DNA of 64,000 nt, taken from positions 147 through 64,146 of the forward strand of contig CAWGIM010000018.1 of the NCBI GenBank assembly GCA_963822615.1, given 5' to 3'. A model generated the notes under the pieces. It had not been told where the DNA came from. It was given only the letters and a program-made list of their open reading frames with translations, and ran no database searches. Positions 20,432-31,952 of this stretch are shown here, one piece after another; position 1 is the stretch's first letter; every line of letters begins with the position of its first letter. The stretch is from an uncultured Actinomycetota bacterium (lineage in GTDB: Bacteria > Actinomycetota > Actinomycetes > Streptosporangiales > Streptosporangiaceae). The position numbers and the translations under genes were made by a program.

Positions 20432-21715
20432 CTACCGGGCCGGCGGCTCGACCCGGTCGGCGGCCCGGCCGCGCCAGGAGACGGAGCGGCCCGAGTAATG
20501 GCGGCGAGCGGAATCGGCCGTCATCGCGGCGTAGAGCAGCGCGACCAGCGGGAGCAGCGGCGCCCGGAGCACCGACAGCCGGTACAGCCGCAGCACCGGG
20601 ACGAAGCTGGCGGTCATCAGCGCCCAGCCGGCCAGCCCGGCGGCCGCCGCGGCCACGCTGGCAGCGCTGATCCGGCCGTCCCAGGTGACCGTGAGCTGGC
20701 CCGTCGTGCTGGCCACGGTGGCCGAGTGGGGGGCCGCGTCCTCCAGTGCCCGGGCCAGCCCGGCGATGAAGGCGGCGGGCGGCACCGCGTAGATCAGCAG
20801 CAGCCCGGCCAGGGTGCCCGCGAGCAGCAGCGGGTTGTAGCGCAGCTGCACGTAGGCGGACCGGGCGACCATGCGCCAGAGGCTGGCCAGGTCCGGGTAG
20901 GGCCGGACGCTGCCCACGCTGGTACTGAGCCCGAGCCAGGTGCGGTTACCCGCCCGCTTGAGCAGCGTGCCCAGGGCCACGTCGTCGATGAGCGCGCCGC
21001 TGATCTGCTCAAGGCCGCCGGCCTGCCGCAGCGCGGCCGCCCGGATCAGCATGCAGCCGCCCGCCGCGGCCGCGGTGCGCCGCCGCGGGTCGTTGACCGT
21101 GCGGAACGGGTAGAGCTGGGCGAAGAAGTAGACGAAGGCGGGCACGATCAGCCGCTCCCACCAGCTCTCCGCCCGCAGCAGCGCCATCTGCGAGACCAGC
21201 GCCCGGTCGTCCGCCTCGGCGCTGCGCACCAGGTCACGCAGCGCGTGCGGCGCCCAGGCAATATCGGCGTCGGTGAACAGCAGGTACTCGGGCCCCTCGC
21301 CCGCGTCCGGCTCCGCGGCGGCCATGCCCTGCGCCATCGCCCACACCTTGCCTGCCCAGCCGCCGGGCCGCGGAGCGCCGGTGACGACGGTCAGCGGTGC
21401 GCCCCCGTTCCTCATCTCCTTCTCGCCCAGCTCGGCCGCGACCGCGCCGGTGCCGTCGTCGCTGTTGTCATCGACCAGGAAGACCTGGAACTGGCCCGGG
21501 TAGTCCTGGCCGAGCAGCGCGGGCAGCGTGCCGGGGAGGGTGCCGGCCTCGTTGCGGGCGGGCACCACGGCGGCGACGGCCGGCCAGTTCCCCTGCTCCG
21601 GGCCGCGGCCGGCCGGCGGCAGCCGCTGCCCGGTCAGCCAGAAGCCTCCGTGCGCGGCCACCAGGTAGATCCAGGCGGCGGCGCTGACGATCGCGACGAC
21701 GGCAACTGCGAGCAC
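20432..21715 (-). CDS. hpnB: Glycosyltransferase family 2, hopanoid-associated HpnB-like
   Basis: 'HGGFW...RLP', 'VPARNEA', 'LVDDNSDDGT', 'WAGKVWAM', 'DADI', 'AAAGGCML', 'IDDVAL' and 'RSAYVQLRY'. Confidence 0.7.
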   Translation of the reverse strand: MLAVAVVAIVSAAAWIYLVAAHGGFWLTGQRLPPAGRGPEQGNWPAVAAVVPARNEAGTLPGTLPALLGQDYPGQFQVFLVDDNSDDGTGAVAAELGEKEMRNGGAPLTVVTGAPRPGGWAGKVWAMAQGMAAAEPDAGEGPEYLLFTDADIAWAPHALRDLVRSAEADDRALVSQMALLRAESWWERLIVPAFVYFFAQLYPFRTVNDPRRRTAAAAGGCMLIRAAALRQAGGLEQISGALIDDVALGTLLKRAGNRTWLGLSTSVGSVRPYPDLASLWRMVARSAYVQLRYNPLLLAGTLAGLLLIYAVPPAAFIAGLARALEDAAPHSATVASTTGQLTVTWDGRISAASVAAAAAGLAGWALMTASFVPVLRLYRLSVLRAPLLPLVALLYAAMTADSARRHYSGRSVSWRGRAADRVEPPAR

Positions 21716-22948
21716 CTAAGAAAGGTAGCCCGCCAGGTGGGCGATTACCTCGCGGGCGTCGTCCTCGATGCCGTAAAGAAAGGTGGACTTGCGACGGAGC
21801 AGCACCGGCAGGCCCAGCGCGTACAGACCGGGGCAGTCGGTGACGCCGCCCTCGTGCCGCAGCCGGCCCTTCTGGTCGGTCACCGGGATGTCGAGCCAGC
21901 CGTAGTCGGGCCGGAACCCGGTCGCCCACAGCACGGTACGGATCTCCCCGTCCGCCAGGTCGAGCGACAGCCGCCCGGCGGCGGGCACCCGGGTCGGCTC
22001 GAACCGCTCGGGGGCGGCCAAATCGCCGTCGCGCCCGCTGGTCAGCGCCCACTCGTCGAACGAGTCGAGCAGCCGGTTGAGCTTGAGGTCAGCCAGCGAG
22101 AAGACGTTGCGCAGCCCGCCCGAGAACAGCGCCCGGCCGTCCCGGACGGCCGCCAGCCGTCCGACCAGCTCCACCCCCAGGCCGGTCAGCGCGTTGAGGT
22201 CGAGGGTGGACCGCTCGGGAGTGCCGACGAGCTGGGGCGACGGCAGCCGCCGGGCCCGGTCGAGGTCGTCGACCTCGTCGTAGCGCTGGTCCCAGATGCC
22301 GGCCGCGTCCATCCACCACAGCACGTCCTGCCCGCGGTACAGCCGCGGCAGCCGGACATGCTCCCCCACCGACAGCGTCACCGGCCGGCCCGACCGGCTG
22401 ATCTCGGCCGCTAGCTGCACGCCGGTCGCCGAAGCGCCCACCACCAGTACCCCGCCGTCCGGGAGCTGGCCGGGGCCGCGGTAGTCGAACGGGGTGAGCT
22501 GCAGCAGCGACGACGGCACGGCCGCGCTCAGCGGCGGCACGGCCGGCCGGTTGCAGGCGCCGCTGGCGATGACCACCGACCGGCTGCTGATCTCGCCGTC
22601 ACTGGTCGTCACCTGGAACTGGTCGCCCGCCGTGCGCACCGACGTGACGTTCACGCCGGTGCGGACGGGGGCGCCGGCCGCCTTGGCGAAGCGGTCGATG
22701 AACTCGGTCACCTCGGGCATCGACATGTAGCCGTCCGGGTCCGGCCCGTCGTACCGCAGCCCCGGCAGGCGGCTCTGCCAGTTGGGCGTGAGCAGCCGCA
22801 GCGACTCCCAGCGCTCGCGGCGCCAGGAGTTCGCCACCTCACCGCGCTCGAGCACGAGGTGGTCGACCGACCGGGCGCTGAGGAAGTGGCTGGCCGACAG
22901 GCCAGCGTGCCCCGCGCCGATGACGACCGTGGTGGTGCGTTCGATGAC
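21716..22948 (-). CDS. FAD-dependent oxidoreductase (flavoprotein monooxygenase family)
   Basis: 'VVIGAGHAG', 'RW.SL.LLTP.W', 'VLVVGASATGVQ.A.E' and 'WATGFRPD'. No canonical start codon near the expected N-terminus (GTC/ATC at 22948/22945). Confidence 0.85.
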   Translation of the reverse strand, partial: VIERTTTVVIGAGHAGLSASHFLSARSVDHLVLERGEVANSWRRERWESLRLLTPNWQSRLPGLRYDGPDPDGYMSMPEVTEFIDRFAKAAGAPVRTGVNVTSVRTAGDQFQVTTSDGEISSRSVVIASGACNRPAVPPLSAAVPSSLLQLTPFDYRGPGQLPDGGVLVVGASATGVQLAAEISRSGRPVTLSVGEHVRLPRLYRGQDVLWWMDAAGIWDQRYDEVDDLDRARRLPSPQLVGTPERSTLDLNALTGLGVELVGRLAAVRDGRALFSGGLRNVFSLADLKLNRLLDSFDEWALTSGRDGDLAAPERFEPTRVPAAGRLSLDLADGEIRTVLWATGFRPDYGWLDIPVTDQKGRLRHEGGVTDCPGLYALGLPVLLRRKSTFLYGIEDDAREVIAHLAGYLS

Positions 22949-22971
22949 AGTGCTCCCAGGAACCGTTCTGG

Positions 22972-23523
22972 TCAGGCCACTTCGACGGTCACGTTGGTCG
23001 GGTTGGTGAGCGCGTCGAACACCGCCGACCGCTTCTGCGACTGGGCCACCAGCGCCTCGATGTCCTCCCGGGACGCGTCGGCGTCGATGTGGAACGTCAC
23101 CTTGACGTCGTTGAAGCCGTTGCGCACGTCGCTGTCGGCACCGAGGATGCCGCGGATGTCGTGCTCGCCCTCGACGGTCGCCTCGACCGAGCGGAGCTGG
23201 ATGCCGCGGTTCTGGGCGACCGACGCGACCCCGGCCGACAGGCAGCTGGCCAGGCCGACGATGAGGTACTCGATCGGCGTGATGCCCTTGTCGGTAGCCG
23301 CGAAGACCTCCGGGTGGTCGGCCTCGAAGACCGACTCCTGCAGGTGGCTCTGCTCCTGGCCGAGACCGAAGAAGCTCTGCACCTTGATCGTGCTGTGCAC
23401 GCCGTTGTTCCACCGGGCGGACGCCCGCCAGGTGAACTGGGCCGCCTCGGGCGCCCCCTTCAGTACCTCGCGCGCGTCCAGCAGCGCCTTGACGTTAACA
23501 CCGTTGTCAGCAACAGCGGTCAT
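22972..23523 (-). CDS. OsmC family protein
   Basis: 'NGVNV.ALL.AR', 'DHPEVF...D.G.TP.EY..VGLASC' and 'SQKRSAVFD'. Confidence 0.85.
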   Translation of the reverse strand: MTAVADNGVNVKALLDAREVLKGAPEAAQFTWRASARWNNGVHSTIKVQSFFGLGQEQSHLQESVFEADHPEVFAATDKGITPIEYLIVGLASCLSAGVASVAQNRGIQLRSVEATVEGEHDIRGILGADSDVRNGFNDVKVTFHIDADASREDIEALVAQSQKRSAVFDALTNPTNVTVEVA

Positions 23524-23612
23524 GGCTGTCGTGTCCCCTCTCACTTGCTTCCCCGAATTTCCTATGGAGTCGCTTGACAATACACCGGAAAAGCGGAGTT
23601 AACATAGCCCGT

Positions 23613-24811
23613 ATGCCCCAGCCTGCGTCGACGCTCCCGGCCGGCTCGGCCGGGGTGGTCGAAACCAAGTACCTCGACCTGCCAGAGCCGGTGCGACTCG
23701 ACTGCGGCCGGGAGCTGGGCCCCGTCCGCGTAGCGTACGAGACCTACGGCACCCTGTCACCTGCGCGAGACAACGTCATCCTGGTCTGCCATGCGCTCAG
23801 CGGCGACGCCCACGCGGCGGGCATCGCGAAGACGCCGCCCGCCGAGAGCACCAGGGACGGGTTCGGCGCGGCCGACCGCGACGGCGCCACCGCCCGGGGG
23901 CTCGGCTGGTGGGACGGCATGATCGGCCCGGGCAAGGCGTTCGACACCGACCGCTACTTCGTCGTCTCCACCAACCTGCTCGGCGGGTGCCGCGGCACCA
24001 CCGGGCCGTCGGCCGACAACCCGGCCACCGGGCGCCCCTACGGCACCGACTTCCCGGTGATCACCGTGGCCGACATGGTGCGGACCGAGCGGGCCTTCCT
24101 CGACCAGCTCGGCATCGGGCGGCTGGCCGCGGTGGCGGGCGGCTCGCTCGGCGGGATGCAGGCGCTGGAGTGGGCGGTCCGCTACCCCGACCAGGTTGAC
24201 GCCATCGCGGTGATCGCCAGCACGCACGCACTGCAGCCGCAGGGCGTCGCCTGGAACGCGATCGCCCGCGAGTCGATCCTGCGCGACCCGGCCTGGCAGG
24301 GCGGCCACTACTACGGCACCGGCCACGCCCCGGAGGCGGGCATGGGGGTGGCCCGGATGGTAGGCCACGTCACCTACCTGTCGGCGCAGGCCCTCGACCA
24401 GAAGTTCGGTCGCCGCCTCCAGTCAGGCGACGACATCCGCTACACCGTCACCGAGCCCGAGTTCCAGGTGGAGAGCTACCTGCGGCACCAGGCGGACTCG
24501 TTCGTGCGGCGGTTCGACGCCAACACCTACCTCTATACCTCGCGCGCGCTGACCTACTTCGACCTCGCCCGGGAGCACGGCGGCGGGTCGCTCCGGGCCG
24601 CGCTGGAGCCGGTCCGCGCCCGGGTGCTGCTGATAGCGTTCAGCTCCGACTGGCTTTACCCGCCGTCAGCGTCGCAGGACATCGCCGACGCGCTCGGCGG
24701 GCCGCCGCAGGCCGAGTTCCACGTGATCGACGCACCCTACGGCCACGACTGCTTCCTGCTGGAAGAAGCGCGGCAGACGCCCATCATCCGCCGCTTCCTG
24801 GAAGGTCCCGC

Positions 24812-24815
<4 letters not shown>
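23613..24815 (+). CDS. metX: Homoserine O-acetyltransferase
   Basis: 'AYETYG', 'CHALSGD', 'GWWD..IGPG', 'GGSLGGMQ' (nucleophile), 'RFDANTY' and 'GHDCFL'. Confidence 0.92.
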
Positions 24816-26184
<1,369 letters not shown>

Positions 26185-26188
<4 letters not shown>

Positions 26189-26673
26189 CCGAGTTCGACC
26201 TCACCCGGTACCAGGACCCGCTCGTCATCCAGCGGGTGCTGCACAACATGCGCACCGTCGCGATCGTCGGGCTGTCCGGCAACCAGCTCCGGGCCAGCAA
26301 CTTCGTCGGCTACTACCTCCAGCGGCACGGCTACCAGGTCATCCCGGTGAACCCGCGGGAGACCGAGATCCTGGGCGAGAAGTGCTACCCGAGCCTGGCC
26401 GAGGTGCCGGTGCCGGTCGACGTGGTGAACGTGTTCCGCGCCCCGGACGCGCTGCCGGGCATCGCCCGCGAGGCGGTCGCGGCCGGCGCGGGCGCCCTGT
26501 GGTGCCAGTTCGGCGTGATCCAGGCCGAGGGCGCGCAGATCGCCTCCGACGGCGGGCTGACCGTCATCATGGACCGCTGCATCAAGGTGGAGCACGCCCG
26601 CTACCTCGGCCGGATGCACTGGCTCGGCTTCAACACCCAGCGCGTCACCTCGGTCCGCGGCGGCCTGCAGTAA
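26185..26673 (+). CDS. CoA-binding protein
   Basis: 'VAIVGLS....RASN.V..YLQ.HGY.VIPVNP', 'VNVFR' and 'WCQFG...MDRCIK.EH'. ATGA overlap with metY. Confidence 0.88.
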
Positions 26674-26733
26674 CGACTACGACACGCAACGCCAGGACTA
26701 GCTGCGGCGTCCATATAGCACGATGATTCAGCT

Positions 26734-27537
26734 ATGAGGACGGGACCTGACACGTTGAAAGCCACCAGGACACGATGGGCAATGATCGGTGCCGGCGCGC
26801 TGGCGGCGACCGCGATCACGGTGACCGCCGGGACCGCGACCGCCGCCCCCGGGACCGCCGCGGTGACCGCTGCTCACACCGTGACGGCCGCGCACGCAGC
26901 GGCCGCCGCCTACGCACCGCCCGCCCGGACGCTGGGCCCGGGCATGAAGGGCGCCGACGTCAAGGCGCTGCAGCAGCGGCTGGCCGCGCTCAAGTACTAC
27001 CCGGGCACGGCTGACGGCGAGTTCGGCCCCAACACGCAGGCCGCGCTGTGGGCGTTCCAGGAGATCAACGGGGTGAAGGTGACCGGCGTGGTGGACGCGG
27101 CCACCAAGGCGCGGCTGGTACGCCCCAAGGCGTACAAGTCGCCGTCGTACCCGGGCAAGCGCGCCACCCGGATCGAGGTCAACCAGCACCTGGAGGTGCT
27201 GGTGCTGTTCGAGAACAACAAGGTCATGCTGATCAGCCACGTATCAAGCGGCGGCGGCTACTACTACAACGGCGGCTCGCGGGCGGTCACCCCCAACGGC
27301 ACCTACAACACCACCGTCTACCTGCCCGGCTGGGTGCAGGTGCCGCTCGGCGAGATGTACAACCCGGTGTTCTTCATCGGCACCGTCTTCGCCATCCACG
27401 GCGACACCTACGTCCCGGTCGGGCCGGCCTCGCACGGCTGCATCCGGGTGCCGATGGACATCGCCGCCTTCTTCCACCAGATGGTCAGGACCCCGGGCAC
27501 CCAGGTCCACGTCTACGGCACCCCGCAGTGGGAGTAG
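26734..27537 (+). CDS. L,D-transpeptidase with peptidoglycan-binding domain
   Basis: Signal peptide; PG-binding 'G.DVKALQQRL..L.Y.....DG.FG..T..A..AFQ'; catalytic 'AIHG...ASHGCIR'. Confidence 0.88.
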   Translation: MRTGPDTLKATRTRWAMIGAGALAATAITVTAGTATAAPGTAAVTAAHTVTAAHAAAAAYAPPARTLGPGMKGADVKALQQRLAALKYYPGTADGEFGPNTQAALWAFQEINGVKVTGVVDAATKARLVRPKAYKSPSYPGKRATRIEVNQHLEVLVLFENNKVMLISHVSSGGGYYYNGGSRAVTPNGTYNTTVYLPGWVQVPLGEMYNPVFFIGTVFAIHGDTYVPVGPASHGCIRVPMDIAAFFHQMVRTPGTQVHVYGTPQWE

Positions 27538-27661
27538 CAGGCCGCGGCCCCGGCCGCGGGTAGACGCCCCGTCGCCGGCCGGGTGATAGTGGGATACGGG
27601 GCCACCACGCCCGGTGGCCCGCACCCGGCCAGCGACAGCAGCAGCGCCGGCGACAGCAGCA

Positions 27662-28216
27662 ATGGGGATCGTCATGCTCCAGGCATTCGCGTTCGAGAAG
27701 GTCGGCGTCGTCGTCGGCGACCTCTACTTCCTTGACCCCAGCCCGCGTCCCGGGCAGGAGGGTCCCGAGCACGGCGTCCGGCTCGAGCTGCGCGCCTTCG
27801 ACCGGGGCGAGCCGAAGAGCTCCATCTACTCGGCCGTGCCGATCTCGGTCGGCCAGCCGGTCTGGCGGGTGGACCTGCTCGAGTCGGTCGACGGCAAGCC
27901 CGGCAGCTACAACCGCACCCACCACCACCCGGCGTTCACCGGGCAGTGGGACCCGAGCGAGCGCGTCTTCGTCCGCGAGCTGTCCCAGGACCCGCTCGGC
28001 TGGCTGGCCGGCCAGCTCGCCGACCTGCCCGCCATCCTCGACCGGGCCGGCCTGCCGCCGGACACCGCCGACCCGGCCGACGCGGGCAGCCTCAAGGAGA
28101 TGGCGCCCGCCATCGTCGCGGTCACCAGCATGATGCTGGACAAGGTGCGGGCCGGGGAACTGGGCACCGCCCCGGCCGGCGACGCGGCCGACAGCATCAG
28201 GAACGGCTGGCTGTAG
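27662..28216 (+). CDS. Conserved-looking hypothetical protein
   Basis: Host-like codon use and globular composition ('MLQAFAFEKVGVVVGDLYF...THHHP'). Start is 27662 or 27674. Confidence 0.7.
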   Translation: MGIVMLQAFAFEKVGVVVGDLYFLDPSPRPGQEGPEHGVRLELRAFDRGEPKSSIYSAVPISVGQPVWRVDLLESVDGKPGSYNRTHHHPAFTGQWDPSERVFVRELSQDPLGWLAGQLADLPAILDRAGLPPDTADPADAGSLKEMAPAIVAVTSMMLDKVRAGELGTAPAGDAADSIRNGWL

Positions 28217-28289
28217 GGGGTCCGCTAGCTTTTCCGGCCGTCGTGACTAGGCTGTGTTTCGGCACTCCCATGTGAGGGGCGGCGAGGCT

Positions 28290-28544
28290 GTGGCCCGCGA
28301 CGAATCCGTCATCGGAACGGTTGGCATGATCGTTGTCGCCACCCGCGGGGAAGCGGGGCCGGGCGAGGTCGGGGTGCGCGTCCGCGGCGGTTCCGAGAAG
28401 TTCCTCGCCTGGTCGGAAAGTCCCCTGGACCGCGGGACGACCGTCCTTATCACCAACAGCAGGGGCCCGCGTACCGTCGACGTCGTCGAGTGGGACGATG
28501 CACTGGGCGAGGCTCCCCGAATTCCCGGGTATCGGCCGAATTAA
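28290..28544 (+). CDS. Small NfeD-like (OB-fold) partner of flotillin
   Basis: 'GEV.V.VRGG.E.FLAWS..PL..G..VL' directly upstream of the SPFH gene; GTG start after GAGG. Confidence 0.65.
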   Translation: MARDESVIGTVGMIVVATRGEAGPGEVGVRVRGGSEKFLAWSESPLDRGTTVLITNSRGPRTVDVVEWDDALGEAPRIPGYRPN

Positions 28545-28564
28545 TCGCTCTGGAGAGTGAAGCA

Positions 28565-29698
28565 ATGCTGGGCTACCGCGTTCCCGCCCCCGACGAGGCC
28601 ATGCTGGTTTCCGGCGGTCGTTACGGGCTCAAGGAAGCGCCCTTCCGGGTGGTCACCGGACACGGCGCGTTCGTCATGCCAGGTTTCCGCAAGGCCCGTT
28701 ACCTGACCCTGTCCATGCAGGAGGCCGAGGTAGCGGAGACCTGCGTGACCAAGCAGGGCATCTCGCTGAACGTCCGCGCGGTCATCGCGTTCAAGGTCGG
28801 CAACGACGCCGAGTCGATCGTCAACGCCGGGCAGCGGTTCCTGTCCGACCAGGACCAGATGGCGATCCTCACCGGCCGCATCTTCGCCGGCCACCTGCGC
28901 TCGATCATCGGCTCGATGACGGTCGAGGAGATCGTCACCGAGCGGCAGAAGCTGGCGACCGAGGTCCTCGACGGGTCGAAGCAGGAGATGGCCACCATCG
29001 GCCTGACCGTCGACTCGCTGCAGATCCAGTCGATCGACGACATGGGGGCCGGCTACATCGCGGCGATGGCCGCGCCGAACAACGCCGCCATCCAGCGGCA
29101 GGCGAAGATCGCGCAGGCAGCGGCCGACCAGGCCGCGGCCGAGGCGCAGCAGGCCTCGATCCGCAAGCAGGCCGAGTTCGCCCGGCAGACCTCGGTCGTC
29201 CAGGCGCAGTACAAGGCGGAGATCGACAAGGCCCAGGCGGAGGCGGCCCAGTCCGGCCCGCTCGCCCAGGCCGGGGCGCAGCGCGCGGTGATCGCCGCCC
29301 AGGCCGAGCTGGCACAGCACCAGGCCGAGCTACGCCAGCAGCAGCTCGTGTCCGAGGTGATCAGGCCGGCCGAGGCGGAGGCCGAGAAGGTCAAGATCCT
29401 GGCGAAGGCCGACGCGGAGCGCACCAGGATCGCGGCCGAGGCGGCCGCGTCCAACAACCGGGTGGCGCTCGACCAGCTGCTGATCGCCCAGCTGCCGCAG
29501 ATCGTCAAGGAGGCGGCCGGGGGCCTGCAGGGCGCCAACGTCTCGATCCTCAACGGCGCCGACGGCCTCGGTGAGATCGCGGCCGGCCTGGTCAGCCAGG
29601 GGCTCGCCATCCTCGAGTCGGTCCGCCGGGGGGTTGGGGTACCCGGGGTCGACGGCGACCCCGCCAACAGCAACGGCAAGGGCCCGGCCGCCCTGTAG
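28565..29698 (+). CDS. Flotillin / SPFH (band 7) domain protein
   Basis: 'VTKQGI.LNV.AV..FKV', 'GHLRSIIGSMTVEEI' and 'SLQIQSIDD', followed by an AEA-rich coiled coil. Confidence 0.9.
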   Translation: MLGYRVPAPDEAMLVSGGRYGLKEAPFRVVTGHGAFVMPGFRKARYLTLSMQEAEVAETCVTKQGISLNVRAVIAFKVGNDAESIVNAGQRFLSDQDQMAILTGRIFAGHLRSIIGSMTVEEIVTERQKLATEVLDGSKQEMATIGLTVDSLQIQSIDDMGAGYIAAMAAPNNAAIQRQAKIAQAAADQAAAEAQQASIRKQAEFARQTSVVQAQYKAEIDKAQAEAAQSGPLAQAGAQRAVIAAQAELAQHQAELRQQQLVSEVIRPAEAEAEKVKILAKADAERTRIAAEAAASNNRVALDQLLIAQLPQIVKEAAGGLQGANVSILNGADGLGEIAAGLVSQGLAILESVRRGVGVPGVDGDPANSNGKGPAAL

Positions 29699-30610
29699 CC
29701 CCGGGGGCGCGCGTACGCCCGGGGCGGCCGGTAAGCCCCGGGCGAGGACGGCCGCCAGCACGGCGGCCGGCGAGTCCTCCGGCAGGGCCGCGTGCACCAG
29801 CTCCACCCGGTGCCCCAGGCGCGGCGTCAGCACCGGGACGGCGCTCACCTCCGGCGGCAGCGCCCGGCGCGGCAGCAGGGTAAGCCCGTGCCCGCCGGCT
29901 GCCAGCCGCAGCAGCGTGCTCGTGTCCTGCCCGGTGTAGCGGAAGGCCGACCGGAACCCGGCCGTGCCTGCCTGCCGGCCGATTTCGGCCAGCGGCGGGG
30001 CGATGTCGTCGGCCGCGATCCAGCGGGCGTCCGCCAGGTCGGGCAGCCGCAGCCCGCGGCGCCCGGCCAGCGGATGCCCGGCCGGCAGCACGACCAGGGC
30101 GGGCTCCTCGGCCAGGCCGACGGCGGTGACCGGGGCCAGCTCCGGGAGCGGGTCGCCGGGAGCGGTCAGGCCGTCGGTCAGCGCCAGGTCCAGGTCGCCG
30201 CGGGCAACCCCGGCCGCCGCCTCCTGGCGGGTCACCGTCCGGACGGTGACCGCCAGCCGGGGCATCCGGCCGCGCAGCGCCGCCAGCGCGGCCGCAGGGG
30301 GGCAGACGGCAGCCGCCAGCGGGGTGACGCCGATGGCCAGCGCGGCCGCGGGCACCCCGGTCAGCCGGGTCACGTCCGCCCGGGCGGCGTCCAGGCGGAG
30401 CAGGATGGGCTCGGCGTGCTCCAGCAGCCGGGCGCCGGCCTCGGTGGGGGCGACCGGCCGACGGGTGAGCAGCCGGGTCTTCAGGTCTCCCTCGAGGGCG
30501 GCGATCTGCTGGGAAACGGCGGCCTGGGTATAGCCGAGCTCGGCCGCCGCGGCGGAGAACGAGCCGAGCCGGGCCACGGTGACGAAGGTCCTGAGCAGTT
30601 GCAGCTCCAC
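29330..30610 (-). CDS. LysR family transcriptional regulator; ORF extends antisense into flotillin
   Basis: 'LRTFVTVARLGSFSAAAAELGYTQAAVSQQIAALE' HTH. The LysR domain ends near 29740, but the first in-frame stop is at 29330. Confidence 0.85.
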   Translation of the reverse strand: MELQLLRTFVTVARLGSFSAAAAELGYTQAAVSQQIAALEGDLKTRLLTRRPVAPTEAGARLLEHAEPILLRLDAARADVTRLTGVPAAALAIGVTPLAAAVCPPAAALAALRGRMPRLAVTVRTVTRQEAAAGVARGDLDLALTDGLTAPGDPLPELAPVTAVGLAEEPALVVLPAGHPLAGRRGLRLPDLADARWIAADDIAPPLAEIGRQAGTAGFRSAFRYTGQDTSTLLRLAAGGHGLTLLPRRALPPEVSAVPVLTPRLGHRVELVHAALPEDSPAAVLAAVLARGLPAAPGVRAPPGLQGGRALAVAVGGVAVDPGYPNPPADRLEDGEPLADQAGRDLTEAVGAVEDRDVGALQAPGRLLDDLRQLGDQQLVERHPVVGRGRLGRDPGALRVGLRQDLDLLGLRLGRPDHLGHELLLA

Positions 30611-30685
30611 CTGATAAGTGTTGCTTATGGACCGACAACAAATCATCGTTGGCGCTTAACCAAGCGCACCCGCGACCATGAAGGC

Positions 30686-31408
30686 ATGACACAGCACACT
30701 CCCCGGGTCGCGCTCATCGGCGACCGGTCAGCCAACGTCAGCGCGCACGCCCGGATCCCGGCCATCATCGAAGCCCTCGCCAGCCGCGAGTCCATCGCCC
30801 TCGACCCCTACTGGATCGCGACCCCGGACGCGGCCGGGTGCGAGCTGGACCGGTTCGACGCCATCTGGCTGGCCCCCGGCAGCCCCTACGAGAGCGCGGC
30901 CGGGGCCATCGCCGCGGTCCGCGCCGCCCGCGAGGGCGGCATACCCTTCCTCGGCACCTGCGGCGGGTTCCAGTACGCGCTGCTGGAGTACGCACGGAAC
31001 GTCTGCGGGCTCGCCGGGGTGGAGAACGCCGAGGTCACCCCGGGCGCCGCCGAGTACCTGATCGTTCCGCTCGAGTGCTCGCTCAAGGGCCACGAGGAAG
31101 CCGTGATGGTAGTCCCGGGCACCCTGGCGGCGAAGATCTCCGGCCCGGGCCGGCGGACCGAGCGGTACCACTGCAGTTACGGGCTGAACCCGCGCTACCT
31201 GGAGCTGCTGACCGCGCGTGGCCTGCGGTTCAGCGGCTTCGACGACACCGGCGACGTCAGGATCGCCGAGCTGCCCGGGCACCCGTTCTTCATGGGCACC
31301 CTCTTCCAGCCGGAACTGCAGGGCGACGGCACCCAGCCGCACCCGGTGATCCGCGCGTTCGCCACCGCCGCCTCGGAGCGGGCCGCGCGGCTAGCCTCCT
31401 CATTGTGA
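30686..31408 (+). CDS. Stand-alone CTP-synthase-type glutamine amidotransferase domain protein
   Basis: 'PGSPY', 'PFLGTCGGFQ...LEYARNV', 'Y.CSYGLN' and 'HPFF.GTLFQPE'. Divergent from LysR. Confidence 0.85.
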   Translation: MTQHTPRVALIGDRSANVSAHARIPAIIEALASRESIALDPYWIATPDAAGCELDRFDAIWLAPGSPYESAAGAIAAVRAAREGGIPFLGTCGGFQYALLEYARNVCGLAGVENAEVTPGAAEYLIVPLECSLKGHEEAVMVVPGTLAAKISGPGRRTERYHCSYGLNPRYLELLTARGLRFSGFDDTGDVRIAELPGHPFFMGTLFQPELQGDGTQPHPVIRAFATAASERAARLASSL

Positions 31409-31442
31409 TCCCGGCCGGCCCGGTCCAGCCGGCTGAAGCCGG

Positions 31443-31952
31443 CTAGCGACCAGGGTCGCGCAGCAGGATGAAGTTGTTCGCGGTCACCTTCATCACCAGC
31501 TCGCCATCGGCGTTGAGCAGCTCGGCCAGCGTGGTCACGATGCCGCGGTCCGGCTTGCTGGCCGAGCGGCGGGCCTGCTTGACGGTCGCCCGGACGCGCA
31601 GCGTGTCGCCCGGGCGGACCGGCCGCGGCCAGCGGATCTCGTCGACCCCCGGGGAGCCGATGCTGCTCTCCGGGCTGACGTAGTAGTCGACCAGGTGGCG
31701 CATCATCATGCTGGTGGTGTGCCAGCCGCTGGCGATCAGGCCCCCGAACGGTCCGTCCTTAGCCGCCGCCGGGTCGACGTGGAAGGGCTGCGGGTCGAAC
31801 TCCCGCGCGAAGGCGATGATCCCCGGCTCGGTCATCGTGAACGCGCCGCAGTCGATTACCGTCCCCGGCACGTAGTCCTCGAAGTACCGGATCACCCGCT
31901 CAGGTTGCTCAGTCACGTCCGCCAGTATCCCAATGGCCAGTTCAGACGTCAC
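31443..31952 (-). CDS. MaoC family dehydratase
   Basis: 'YFEDY..G', 'FAREFDPQPFHVD', 'GLIASGWHT' and 'RW..PVRPGDTL'. Confidence 0.9.
   Translation of the reverse strand: MTSELAIGILADVTEQPERVIRYFEDYVPGTVIDCGAFTMTEPGIIAFAREFDPQPFHVDPAAAKDGPFGGLIASGWHTTSMMMRHLVDYYVSPESSIGSPGVDEIRWPRPVRPGDTLRVRATVKQARRSASKPDRGIVTTLAELLNADGELVMKVTANNFILLRDPGR

Noticed and set aside
19568-22414. 948-aa ORF on the + strand
   Set aside because: Antisense shadow of the DAG kinase, HpnB-like and flavoprotein genes. Stops are rare in high-GC DNA, the composition is Arg/Pro/Gly-rich, and it has no motifs.
21716-23413. Apparent 565-aa fusion of the osmC region with the flavoprotein
   Set aside because: The first ~155 codons are an alternative frame of osmC and read as Arg/Pro-rich noise. 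Only 21716..22948 is protein-like.
23574-23605. TTGACA...TAACAT as a full -35/-10 promoter for metX
   Set aside because: The spacing is 20 nt, too long. Only the -10 and leaderless inference is kept.
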